DNA of 64,000 nt from Heptranchias perlo (taxonomy: Eukaryota). Shown here one piece after another: positions 31,101 to 42,880 of this stretch. The stretch is taken from assembly GCF_035084215.1 (NCBI RefSeq), contig NC_090329.1:126914001-126978000 (forward strand). The letters run 5' to 3'. A program made the position numbers and the translations under genes. The stretch's first letter is position 1. Each line of letters opens with the position of its first letter. Below the pieces are notes generated by a model. The model was not told the DNA's origin, ran no database searches, and saw nothing but the letters and a program-made list of their open reading frames with translations.

Positions 31101-33257
31101 GCTCACACCACACACACCACTCACACAGCTCACACCACACACACCGCTCACACAGCTCACACCGCTCACACCGCTCACACAGCTCACACCGCTCACACCA
31201 CTCACACAGCTCACACAGCTCACACCGCTCACACCGCTCACACAGCTCACACACAGCTCACACCGCTCACACCACTCACACAGCTCACACTACTCACACT
31301 GCTCACACTGCTCACACCACACACACAGCTCACACCGCTCACACCGCTCACACAGCTCACACAAAGCTCACACCGCTCACACCACTCACACAGCTCACAC
31401 TACTCACACCGCTCACACAGCTCACACCGCTCACACAGCTCACACAGCTCACACACAGCTCACACCGCTCACACCACTCACACAGCTCACACGACTCACA
31501 CTGCTCACACTGCTCACACCACACACACAGCTCACACCGCTCACACAGCTCACACTACTCACACTGCTCACACTGCTAACACTGCTCAAACTGCTCACAC
31601 AGCTCACACCACACACACCACTCACACAGCTCACACTACTCACACAGCTCACACAGCTCACACCGCTCACACAGCTCACACAGCTCACACTACTCACACT
31701 ACTCACACTGCTCACACTGCTCACACAGCTCACACCGCACACACCACTCACACAGCTCACACTACTCACACTGCTCACACCGCTCACACTACTCACACTG
31801 CTCACACCGCTCACACTACTCACACTGCTCACACCACACACACAGCTCACACCGCACACACCACTCACACAGCTGACACTACTCACACTGCTCACACCGC
31901 TCACACAGCTCACACACCTCACACTACTCACACACCTCACACAGCTCACACAGCTCACACTACTCACACTGCTCACACTGCTCACACTGCTCAAACTGCT
32001 CACACAGCTCACACCACACACACAGCTCACACCACTCACACAGCTCACACAGCTCACACCACACACACAGCTCACACACAGCTCACACCACACACACAGC
32101 TCACACAGCTCACACCACACACACAGCTCACACAGCTCACACCGCTCACACCGCTCACACCACTCACACCACACACACCACACACACAGCTCACACAGCT
32201 CACACAGCTCACACCACACACACAGCTCACACAGCTCACACCGCTCACACCACACACACCGCTCACACCGCTCACACTGCTCACACAGCTCACACCGCTC
32301 ACACCACTCACACCGCTCACACAGCTCACACCGCTCACACTGCTCACACTGCTCACACAGCTCACACCACTCACACCACACACACCACACACACAGCTCA
32401 CACCACACACACAGCTCACACCGCTCACACCACACACACCGCTCACACCGCTCACACTGCTCACACTGCTCACACAGCTCACACCACTCACACCACACAC
32501 ACCACACACACAGCTCACACCACACACACAGCTCACACAGCTCACACCGCTCACACCACACACAACACACACACTGCTCACACCACTCACACCACACACA
32601 CCACACACACCGCTCACACCACTCACACAGCTCACACAGCTCACACCACTCACACAGCTCACACACAGCTCACACCACACACACAGCTCACACCACTCAC
32701 ACAGCTCACACAGCTCACACCGCACACACCACTCACACAGCTCACACAGCTCACACAGCTCACACCACTCACACAGCTCACACAGCTCACACCGCTCACA
32801 CCACTCACACCACTCACACAGCTCACACCACACACACAGCACACACCGCTCACACAGCTCACACAGCTCACACACACCGCACACACAGCTCACACCACAC
32901 ACACCACTCACACCACTCACACAGCTCACACTACTCACACTGCTCACACGACTCACACTGCTCACACAGCTCACACCGCTCACACAGCTCACACTGCTCA
33001 CACCGCTCACACAGCTCACACTGCTCACACAGCTCACACCGCTCACACAGCTCACACAGCTCACACCACTCACACCACTCACACCACTCACACAGCTCAC
33101 ACAGCTCACACCGCTCACACAGCTCACACTGCTCACACCGCTCACACAGCTCACACCACTCACACTGCTCACACCGCACACACAGCTCACACTGCTCACA
33201 CCGCACACACTGCTCACACTACTCAGACTGCTCAACAGCAGCTCCATAGATCAGCAA

Positions 33258-36200
33258 TGGTGTGAGACAGAGCGGGTGACGGTGAGGGAGTGTGAGACAG
33301 AGCGGGTGAGGGTGAGGGAGTGTGAGACAGAGCGGGTGAGGGTGAGGGAGTGTAAGACAGAGCGGGTGAGTGTGGGGGAGTGTGAGACAGAGCGGGTGAG
33401 GGTGAGGGAGTGTGAGACAGAGCGGGTGAGGGAGTGTGAGTAAGAGCGGGTGAGGGTGGGGGAGTGTGAGACAGAGCGGGTGAGGTGAGGGAGTGTAAGA
33501 CAGAGCGCGTGAGGGTGAGGGAGTGTAAGACAGAGCGGGTGAGTGTGGGGGAGTGCAAGACAGAGCGGGTGAGGGTGGGGGAGTGTGAGACAGAGCGGGT
33601 GAGGGTGAGGGAGTGTAAGACAGAGCGGGTGAGGGTGGGGGAGTGTGAGACAGAGCGGGTGAGGGTGAGGGAGTGTGAGACAGAGCGGGTGAGGGTGAGG
33701 GAGTGTGAGACAGAGCGGGTGAGGGTGAGGGAGTGTGAGACAGAGCGGGTGAGGGTGGGGGAGTGTGAGACAGAGCGGGTGAGGGTGAGGGAGTGTAAGA
33801 CAGAGCGGGTGAGGGTGGGGGAGTGTGAGACAGAGCGGGTGAGGGTGAGGGAGTGTGAGACAGAGCGGGTGAGGGTGGGGGAGTGTAAGACAGAGCGGGT
33901 GAGGGTGAGGGAGTGTAAGACAGAGCGGGTGAGTGTGGGGGAGTGTGAGACAGAGCGGGTGAGGGTGAGGGAGTGTGAGACAGAGCGGGTGAGGGTGGGG
34001 GAGTGTGAGACAGAGCGGGTGAGTGTGGGGGAGTGTGAGACAGAGCGGGTGAGGGTGAGGGAGTGTGAGACAGAGCGGGTGAGGGAGTGTGAGACAGAGC
34101 GGGTGAGGGTGAGGGAGTGTAAGACAGAGCGGGTGAGGGTGAGGGAGTGTAAGACAGAGCGGGTGAGTGTGGGGGAGTGTGAGACAGAGCGGGTGAGGGT
34201 GGGGGAGTGTGAGACAGAGCGGGTGAGGGAGTGTGAGACAGAGCGGGTGAGGGTGGGGGAGTGTGAGACAGAGCGGGTGAGGGTGAGGGAGTGTGAGACA
34301 GAGCGGGTGAGGGTGAGGGAGTGTGAGACAGAGCGGGTGAGGGTGGGGGAGTGTGAGACAGAGCGGGTGAGGGTGAGGGAGTGTAAGACAGAGCGGGTGA
34401 GGGTGGGGGAGTGTGAGACAGAGCGGGTGAGGGTGAGGGAGTGTGAGACAGAGCGGGTGAGGGAGTGTGAGACAGAGCGGGTGAGGGTGAGGGAGTGTGA
34501 GACAGAGCGGGTGAGGGTGAGGGAGTGTGAGACAGAGCGGGTGAGGGTGGGGGAGTGTAAGACAGAGCGGGTGAGGGTGAGGGAGTGTAAGACAGAGCGG
34601 GTGAGTGTGGGGGAGTGTGAGACAGAGCGGGTGAGGGTGGGGGAGTGTGAGACAGAGCGGGTGAGGGAGTGTGAGACAGAGCGGGTGAGGGTGAGGGAGT
34701 GTAAGACAGAGCGGGTGAGGGTGGGGGAGTGTGAGACAGAGCGGGTGAGGGTGAGGGAGTGTGAGACAGAGCGGGTGAGGGTGGGGGAGTGTGAGACAGA
34801 GCGGGTGAGGGTGGGGGAGTGTGAAACAGAGCGGGTGAGGGTGAGGGAGTGTAAGACAGAGCGGGTGAGGGTGAGGGAGTGTAAGACAAAGCGGGTGAGG
34901 GTGGGGGAGTGTGAGACAGAGCGGGTGAGGGTGAGGGAGTGTGAAACAGAGCGGGTGAGTGTGGGGGAGTGTGAGACAGAGCGGGTGAGGGTGAGGGTGG
35001 GGGAGTGTGAAACAGAGCGGGTGAGGGTGAGGGAGTGTGAGACAGAGCGGGTGAGGGTGAGGGAGTGTGAAACAGAGCGGTTGAGGGTGAGGGAGTGTGA
35101 GACAGAGCGGGTGAGGGTGAGGGAGTGTGAGACAGAGCGGGTGAGGGTGAGGGAGTGTGAGACAGAGCGGGTGAGGGTGAGGGAGTGTGAGACAGAGCGG
35201 GTGAGGGTGAGGGAGTGTGAGACAGAGCGGGTGAGGGTGGGGGAGTGTAAGACAGAGCGGGTGAGGGTGAGGGAGTGTAAGACAGAGCGGGTGAGGGTGA
35301 GGGTGGGGGAGTGTGAGACAGAGCGGGTGAGGGTGTGGGAGTGTGAGACAGACCGGGTGAGTGTGAGGGAGTGTGAGACAGAGCGGGTCAGGGTGTGGGA
35401 GTGGGAGACAGAGCGGGTGAGTGTGAGGGAGTGTGAGACAGAGCGGGTGAGGGTGAGGGAGTGTGAGACAGAGCGGGTGAGTGTGGGGGAGTGTGAGACA
35501 GAGCGGGTGAGTGTGAGGGAGTGTGAGACAGAGCGGGTGAGGGTGAGGGAGTGTGAGACAGAGCGGGTGAGGGTGGGGGAGTGTGAGACAGAGCGGGTGA
35601 GTGTGAGGGAGTGTGAGACAGAGCGGGTGAGGGTGGGGGAGTGTAAGACAGAGCGGGTGAGGGTGAGGGTGGGGGAGTGTGAGACAGTGCGGGTGAGGGT
35701 GAGGGAGTGTAAGACAGAGCGGGTGAGGGTGAGGGAGTGTAAGACAGAGCGGGTGAGGGTGAGGGTGGGGGAGTGTGAGACAGTGCGGGTGAGGGTGAGG
35801 GAGTGTAAGACAGAGCGGGTGAGGGTGAGGGAGTGTAAGACAGAGCGGGTGAGTGTGGGGGAGTGTGAGACAGAGCGGGTGAGGGTGAGGGAGTGTGAGA
35901 CAGAGCGGGTGAGGGTGGCGAGTGTGAGACAGAGCGGGTGAGGGTGAGGGAGTGTAAGACAGAGCGGGTGAGTGTGGGGGAGTGTGAGACAGAGCGGGTG
36001 AGGGTGAGGGAGTGTGAGACAGAGCGGGTGAGGGAGTGTGAGACAGAGCGGGTGAGGGTGAGGGAGTGTAAGACAGAGCGGGTGAGGGTGAGGGAGTGTA
36101 AGACAGAGCGGGTGAGTGTGGGGGAGTGTGAGACAGAGCGGGTGAGGGTGGGGGAGTGTGAGACAGAGCGGGTGAGGGTGGGGGAGTGTGAGACAGAGCG

Positions 36201-39200
36201 GGTGAGGGTGAGGGAGTGTGAGACAGAGCGGGTGAGGGTGGGGGAGTGTGAGACAGAGCGGGTGAGGGTGGGGGAGTGTGAAACAGAGCGGGTGAGGGTG
36301 AGGGAGTGTAAGACAGAGCGGGTGAGGGTGAGGGAGTGTAAGACAAAGCGGGTGAGGGTGGGGGAGTGTGAGACAGAGCGGGTGAGGGTGAGGGAGTGTG
36401 AAACAGAGCGGGTGAGTGTGGGGGAGTGTGAGACAGAGCGGGTGAGGGTGAGGGTGGGGGAGTGTGAAACAGAGCGGGTGAGGGTGAGGGAGTGTGAGAC
36501 AGAGCGGGTGAGGGTGAGGGAGTGTGAAACAGAGCGGTTGAGGGTGAGGGAGTGTGAGACAGAGCGGGTGAGGGTGAGGGAGTGTGAGACAGAGCGGGTG
36601 AGGGTGAGGGAGTGTGAAACAGAGCGGTTGAGGGTGAGGGAGTGTGAGACAGAGCGGGTGAGGGTGAGGGAGTGTGAGACAGAGCGGGTGAGGGTGAGGG
36701 AGTGTGAGACAGAGCGGGTGAGGGTGAGGGAGTGTGAGACAGAGCGGGTGAGGGTGAGGGAGTGTGAGACAGAGCGGGTGAGGGTGAGGGAGTGTGAGAC
36801 AGAGCGGGTGAGGGTGGGGGAGTGTAAGACAGAGCGGGTGAGGGTGAGGGAGTGTAAGACAGAGCGGGTGAGGGTGAGGGTGAGGGAGTGTGAGACAGAG
36901 CGGGTGAGGGTGTGGGAGTGTGAGACAGAGCGGGTGAGGGTGAGGGAGTGTGAGACAGAGCGGGTGAGGGTGTGGGAGTGTGAGACAGAGCGGGTGAGGG
37001 TGAGGGAGTGTAGGACAGAGCGGGTGAGTGTGGGGGAGTGTGAGACAGAGCGGGTGAGTGTGAGGGAGTGTGAGACAGAGCGGGTGAGGGTGAGGGAGTG
37101 TGAGACAGAGCGGGTGAGGGTGGGGGAGTGTGAGACAGAGCGGGTGAGTGTGAGGGAGTGTGAGACAGAGCGGGTGAGGGTGAGGGAGTGTGAGACAGAG
37201 CGGGTGAGTGTGAGGGAGTGTGAGACAGAGCGGGTGAGGGTGGGGGAGTGTAAGACAGAGCGGGTGAGGGTGGGGGAGTGTAAGACAGAGCGGGTGAGGG
37301 TGAGGGTGGGGGAGTGTGAGACAGTGCGGGTGAGGGTGAGGGAGTGTGAGACAGAGCGGGTGAGGGTGAGGGAGTGTAAGACAGAGCGGGTGAGTGTGGG
37401 GGAGTGTGAGACAGAGCGGGTGAGGGTGAGGGAGTGTGAGACAGAGCGGGTGAGTGTGAGGGAGTGTGAGACAGAGCGGGTGAGGGTGAGGGAGTGTGAG
37501 ACAGAGCGGGTGAGTGTGAGGGAGTGTGAGACAGAGCGGGTGAGGGTGAGGGAGTGTGAGACAGAGCGAGTGAGTGTGAGGGAGTGTGAGACAGAGCGGG
37601 TGAGGGTGAGGGAGTGTGAGACAGAGCGGGTGAGGGTGAGGGAGTGTGAGACAGAGCGGGTGAGGGTGAGGGAGTGTGAGACAGAGCGGGTGAGGGTGAG
37701 GGAGTGTGAGACAGAGCGGGTGAGTGTGAGGGAGTGTGAGACAGAGCGGGTGAGGGTGGGGGAGTGTGAGTCAGAGCGGTTGAGGGTGAGGGAGTGTAAG
37801 ACAGAGCGGGTGAGGGTGAGGGTGGGGGAGTGTGAGACAGAGCGGGTGAGGGTGAGGGAGTGTGAAACAGAGCGGGTGAGGGTGAGGGAGTGTGAGACAG
37901 AGCGGGTGAGGGTGAGGGAGTGTGAGACAGAGCGGGTGAGGGTGAGGGAGTGTGAGACAGAGCGGGTGAGGGAGTGTAAGACAGAGCGGGTGAGGGTGGG
38001 GGAGTGTGAGACAGAGCGGGTGAGGGTGGGGGAGTGTGAGACAGAGCGGGTGAGGGTGAGGGAGTGTAAAACAGAGCGGGTGAGGGTGGGGGAGTGTAAG
38101 ACAGAGCGGGTGAGGGTGAGGGAGTGTGAGACAGAGCGGGTGAGGGTGAGGGAGTGTAAGACAGAGCGGGTGAGTGTGAGGGAGTGTGAGACTGAGCGGG
38201 TGAGTGTGAGGGAGTGTGAGACAGTGCGGGTGAGGGTGAGGGAGTGTGAGACAGAGCGGGTGAGGGTGAGGGAGTGAGAGACAGAGCGGGTGAGGGTGGG
38301 GGAGTGTGAGACAGAGCGGGTGAGGGTGGGGGAGTGTGAGACAGAGCGGGTGAGGGTGAGGGAGTGTGAGACAGAGCGGGTGAGGGAGTGTGAGACAGAG
38401 CGGGTGATGGTGAGGTAGTGTGAAACAAAGCGGTTGAGGGTGAGGGAGTGTGAGACAGAGCGGGTGAGGGTGAGGGAGTGTGAGACAGAGCGGGTGAGGG
38501 TGGGGGAGTGTGAGACAGAGCGGGTGAGGGTGAGGGAGTGTTAGACGGGTGAGGGTGAGGGAGTGTGAGACAGAGCGGGTGAGGGTGAGGGAGTGTGAGA
38601 CAGAGCGGGTGAGGGTGGGGGAGTGTGAGACAGAGCGGGTGAGGTTGAGGGAGTGTGAGACAGAGCGGGTGAGGGTGAGGGAGTGTGAGACAGAGCGGGT
38701 GAGGGTGAGGGAGTGTGAGACAGAGCAGGTGAGGGTGAGGGAGTGTGAGACAGAGCGGGTGAGGGTGAGGGAGTGTGAGACAGAGCAGGTGAGGGTGAGG
38801 GAGTGTGAGACAGAGCGGGTGAGGGTGGGAGTGTGTGAGACAGAGCGGGTGAGGGTGAGGGAGTGTGAGACAGAGCGGGTGAGGGTGGAGGAGTGTGAGA
38901 CAGAGCGGGTGAGGGTGGGGGAGTGTGAGACAGAGCGAGTGAGGGTGAGGGAGTGTAAGACAGAGCGGGTGAGGGTGGGGGAGTGAGAGACAGAGCGGGT
39001 GAGGGTGAGGGAGTGTGAAACAGAGCGGGTGAGGGTGAGGGAGTGTGAAACAGAGCGGGTGAGGGTGAGGGAGTGTGAGACAGAGCGGGTGAGGGTGAGG
39101 GAGTGTGAGACAGAGCGGGTGAGGGTGAGGGAGTGTGACACAGAGCGGGTGAGGGTGAGGGAGTGTAAGACAGAGCGGGTGAGGGTGGGGGATTGTGAGA

Positions 39201-40810
39201 CAGAGCGGGTGAGGGTGAGGGAGTGTGAGACAGAGCGGGTGAGGGTGAGGGAGTGTGAGACAGAGCGGGTGAGGGTGGGGGAGTTTGAGACAGAGAGTGT
39301 GAGGGTGAGGGAGTGTGAGACAGAGCGGGTGAGGGTGAGGGAGTGTGAGACAGAGCGGGTGAGGATGAGGGAGTGTAAGACAGAGCGGGTGAGGGTGGGG
39401 TAGTGTGAGACAGAGCGGGTGATGGTGAGGGAGTGTGAAACAGAGCGGGTGAGGGTGAGGGAGTGTAAGACAGAGCGGGTGAGGGTGAGGGAGTGTAAGA
39501 CAGAGCGGGTGAGGGTGGGGGAGTGTAAGACAGAGCGGGTGAGGGTGAGGGAGTGTGAGACAGAGCGGGTGAGGGAGTGTAAGACAGAGCGGGTGAGTGT
39601 GAGGGAGTGTGAGACAGAGCGGGTGAGTGTGAGGGAGTGTGAGACAGAGCGGGTGAGCTTGAGGGAGTGTGAGACGGTGAGGGTGAGGGAGTGTGAGACA
39701 GAGCAGGTGAGGGTGAGGGAGTGAGAGACAGAGCGGGTGAGGGTGGGGGAGTGTGAGACAGAGCGGGTGAGGGTGGGGGAGTGTGAGACAGAACGGGTGA
39801 GGGTGAGGGAGTGTGAGACAGAGCGGGTGAGGGTGGGGGAGTGTGAGACAGAGCGGGTGAGGGTGAGGGAGTGTGAGACAGAGCGGGTGAGGGTGAGCGA
39901 GTGTGAGACAGAGCGGGTGAGGGTGAGGGAGTGTGAGACAGAGCGGGTGAGGGAGTGTGAGACAGAGCGGGTGAGGGTGAGGGAGTGTGAGACAGAGCGG
40001 GTGAGGGTGAAGAAGTGTGAGACAGAGCGGGTGAGGGTGAGGGAATGTGAGACAGAGCGGGTGAGGGTGAGGGAGTGTGAGACAGAGCGGGTGAGGGTGA
40101 GGGAGTGTGAGACAGAGCGGGTGAGGGAGTGTGAGACAGAGCGGGTGAGGGTGAGGGAGTGTGAGACAGAGCGGGTGAGGGTGAGGGAATGTGAGACAGA
40201 GCGGGTGAGGGTGAGGGAGTGTGAGACAGAGCGGGTGAGGGTGAGGGAGTGTGAGACAGAGCGGGTGAGGGTGGGGGAGTGTGAGACAGAGCGGGTGAGG
40301 GTGAGGGAGTGTGAGACAGAGCGGGTGAGGGTGAGGGAGTGTGAGACAGAGCGGGTGAGGGTGAGGAAGTGTGAGACAGAGCGGGTGAGGGTGAGGGAGT
40401 GTGAGACAGAGCGGGTGCGGGTGAGGGAGTGTGAGACAGAGCGGGTGAGGGTGAGGGAGTGTGAGACAGAGCGGGTGAGGGTGGGGGAGTGTGAGACAGA
40501 GCGGGTGAGGGTGAGGGAGTGTAAGACAGAGCGGGTGAGGTTGGGGGAGTGTGAGACAGAGCGGGTGAGGGTGAGGGAGTGTGAGACAGAGCGGGTGAGG
40601 GAGTGTGAGACAGAGCGGGTGAGGGTGAGGGAGTGTGAGACAGAGCGGGTGAGGGTGAGGGTGAGGGAGTGTGAGACAGAGCGGGTGAGGGTGAGGGAGT
40701 GTGAGACAGAGCGGGTGAGGGTGAGGGAGTGTGAGACAGAGCGGGTGAGGGTGTGGGAGTGTGAAACAGAGCAGGTGAGGTTGGGGGAGTGTAAGACAGA
40801 GCGAGTGAGG
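33258..40810. repeat. 30-bp tandem array GTGTGAGACAGAGCGGGTGAGGGTGAGGGA (24- and 36-bp variants by loss/gain of GGGTGA)
   Basis: Highly homogeneous 30-bp period; reads as ECETERVRVR repeats. Confidence 0.98.
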
Positions 40811-42435
40811 GTGTCGGAGGTTTGGACGGTGAGGGTGGGGGAGGTTTGGACGGTGAGGGTGGGGGAGGTTTGGACGGTGAGGGTGTGGAAGTTTTGGGCG
40901 GTGAGGGTCAGGGAGTTTTGGACGGTGAGGGTGGGGGAGTGTGAGACAGAGCGGGTGAGGGTGTGGGAAGTTTGGACGGTGAGGGTGGGGGAGGTTTGGA
41001 CGGTGAGGGTGGGGGAGTGTGAGACAGAGCGTGAGAGGGTGAGGGAGTATGAGACAGAGCGGGTGAGGGTGGGGGAGTTTGAGACAGAGCGGGTGAGGGT
41101 TGGGGAGGTTTAGACGGTGAGGGTAGGGGAGGTTTGGATGGTGAGGGTGGGGGAGATTTGGACCGTGAGGTTCGGGGAGGTTTGGACGGTGAGGGTGGGG
41201 GAGTTTTGGACCGTGAGGGTGGGGGAGTTTTGGACGGTGAGGGTGGGGGAGATTTGGACAGTGACGATGGAGGAGTTTTGGACGGTGAGGGTGGGGGAGG
41301 TTTGGACCGTGAGGGTGGGGGAGTTTTGGACGGTGAGGGTGGGGTAGTTTTGGACGGTGAGGGTGGGGGAGGTTTGGACAGTGACGATGGAGGAGTTTTG
41401 GACGGTGAGGGTGGGGGAGGTTTGGACGGTGAGGGTGGGGGAGGTTTGGACAGTGACGGTGGAGGAGTTTTGGACGGTGAGGGTGGGGGAGATTTGGACG
41501 GTGAGGGTGGAGGAGTTTTGGACGGTGAGGGTGGGGGAGATTTGGACAGTGACGGTGGAGGAGTTTTGGACGGTGAGGGTGGGGGAGATTTGGACGGTGA
41601 GGGTGGGGTAGTTTTGGACGGTGAGGGTGGGGGAGGTTTGGACAGTGACGGTGGAGGAGTTTTGGACGGTGAGGGTGGGGGAGATTTGGACGGTGAGGGT
41701 GGAGGAGTTTTGGACGGTGAGGGTGGGGGAGATTTGGACGGTGAGGGTGGAGGAGTTTTGGACGGTGAGGGTGGGGGAGATTTGGACAGTGACGGTGGAG
41801 GAGTTTTGGACGGTGAGGGTGGGGGAGTTTTGGACGGTGAGGGTGGGGGAGATTTGGACAGTGAGGGTGGGGGAGTATTGGACAGTGACGATGGAGGAGT
41901 TTTGGACGGTGAGGGTGGGGGAGGTTTGGACAGTCACGGTGGAGGAGTTTTGGACGGTGAGGGTGGGGGAGGTTTGGACAGTGACGGTGGAGGAGTTTTG
42001 GACGGTGAGGGTGGGGGAGTTTTGGACAGTGAGGGTGACGGTGGAGGAGTTTTGGACGGTGAGGGTGGTGGATTTTTGGACGGTGAGGGTGGGGGAGTAT
42101 TGGACAGTGACGATGGGGGAGGTTTGGACGGTGAGGGTGGGGGAGGTTTGGACAGTCACGGTGGAGGAGTTTTGGACGGTGAGGGTGGGGGAGATTTGGA
42201 CAGTGACGGTGGAGGAGTTTTGGACGGTGAGGGTGGGGGAGGTTTGGACAGTGACGGTGGAGGAGTTTTGGACGGTGAGGGTGGGGGAGATTTGGACAGT
42301 GACGGTGGAGGAGTTTTGGACGGTGAGGGTGGGGGAGTTTTGGACAGTGAGGGTGACGGTGGAGGAGTTTTGGACGGTGAGGGTGGGGGAGATTTGGACG
42401 GTGAGGGTGGTGGATTTTTGGACCGTGAGGGTGGA
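40811..42435. repeat. 24-bp tandem array GAGTTTTGGACGGTGAGGGTGGGG, interleaved with the 30-mer at 40810-41110
   Basis: 24-bp period; shares GGTGAGGGTGGGGGAG with the 30-mer. Confidence 0.96.
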
Positions 42436-42630
42436 GACAAAGACTGTGGTACTTTTGATGAGTTGAAAATGAAGAACTGTGGATGCCGGCTGGAAGATCA
42501 TTGGAAACATCAATGAGGTTATGAAGACATGGCGTAGGGACCGGAGAGGAAGGCCATGTTGTAGAGGCAGAAGAAGGCAGTTTTGGTAAAGGAGCAGGTG
42601 TGGGGTGGAACCTGAGCTCAGGCTGAGCAG
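42436..42630 (-). mobile_element. Highly decayed L2 LINE ORF2 fragment
   Basis: Minus strand gives PELRF and FTKTAFFCLYNMA (L2-type TKTAFFHLRNIA). Plus-strand GCCGGCTGGAAGATCATTGGAAACATC aligns to the L2 copy at ~63159 (GCCGGCCAGGAGAGCATTGGAATAGTC). Confidence 0.65.
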
Positions 42631-42809
42631 AATTCCAAGGTCCCACCCTCCTTAATAACCGAGTTGATTCTGTAATTATTAGCTCTTGTCTGATTAAGTT
42701 CATATTTACTGCCGCCTACCTCACTGATACCAATTTAATTGGCCCTTTGCCACCAATTTTGGAATGATTAACATTTACCTCTTTAATATTATAATTATTA
42801 TAATTATAA

Positions 42810-42880
42810 TCTTTCAAAGGGCCGGCATGGGCACAATGGGCTGAATGGCCTCCTTCTGTGCTGTCGGATTTTATGATCTA
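42810..42880 (+). mobile_element. CR1/HER1-type 3' tail fragment
   Basis: CTTTCAAAGGGCCGGCATGGGCACAATGGGCTGAATGGCCTCCTTCTGTGCTGT, homologous to 62592-62645. Confidence 0.7.

Larger units (their letters stand above)
4490..33230. repeat. ~28.7-kb satellite of 9-bp variant units C(T/A)CACAC(AG/CG/CA/TG/TA)
   Basis: Continuous 9-bp periodicity (CTCACACAG, CTCACACCG, CTCACACCA, CACACACCA, CTCACACTG) with occasional +CA slips. Extreme C/A strand bias. Confidence 0.98.

Noticed and set aside
4827-33443. Giant ORFs (3820, 2985, 2364, 4622 aa) as mucin-, histidine-rich-, keratin-associated- or metallothionein-like genes
   Set aside because: They are open in multiple frames on both strands because the 9-bp unit alphabet rarely makes stops. 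They change register at slips, cross N blocks, and show no signal peptide or unique domain.
33258-40810. True telomeric or interstitial telomeric tract
   Set aside because: No TTAGGG runs; only 2-3 TGAGGG hexamers embedded in a 30-bp unit.
41134-42516. Gly/Asp-rich RTX-like calcium-binding repeat protein (GGGVLDGE)
   Set aside because: It is an 8-residue period from the 24-bp array, not the GGxGxDxLx nonapeptide, and other frames are similarly open.
33251-42703. 3150-aa Pro/His/Ser-rich extensin- or CTD-like ORF (SPALSHTPSP, SYTPSPS)
   Set aside because: It is a translation of the 30/24-bp arrays with register switches. Its N-terminus is L2 remnant in a wrong frame, and the resemblance to the Pol II CTD or extensins is compositional.
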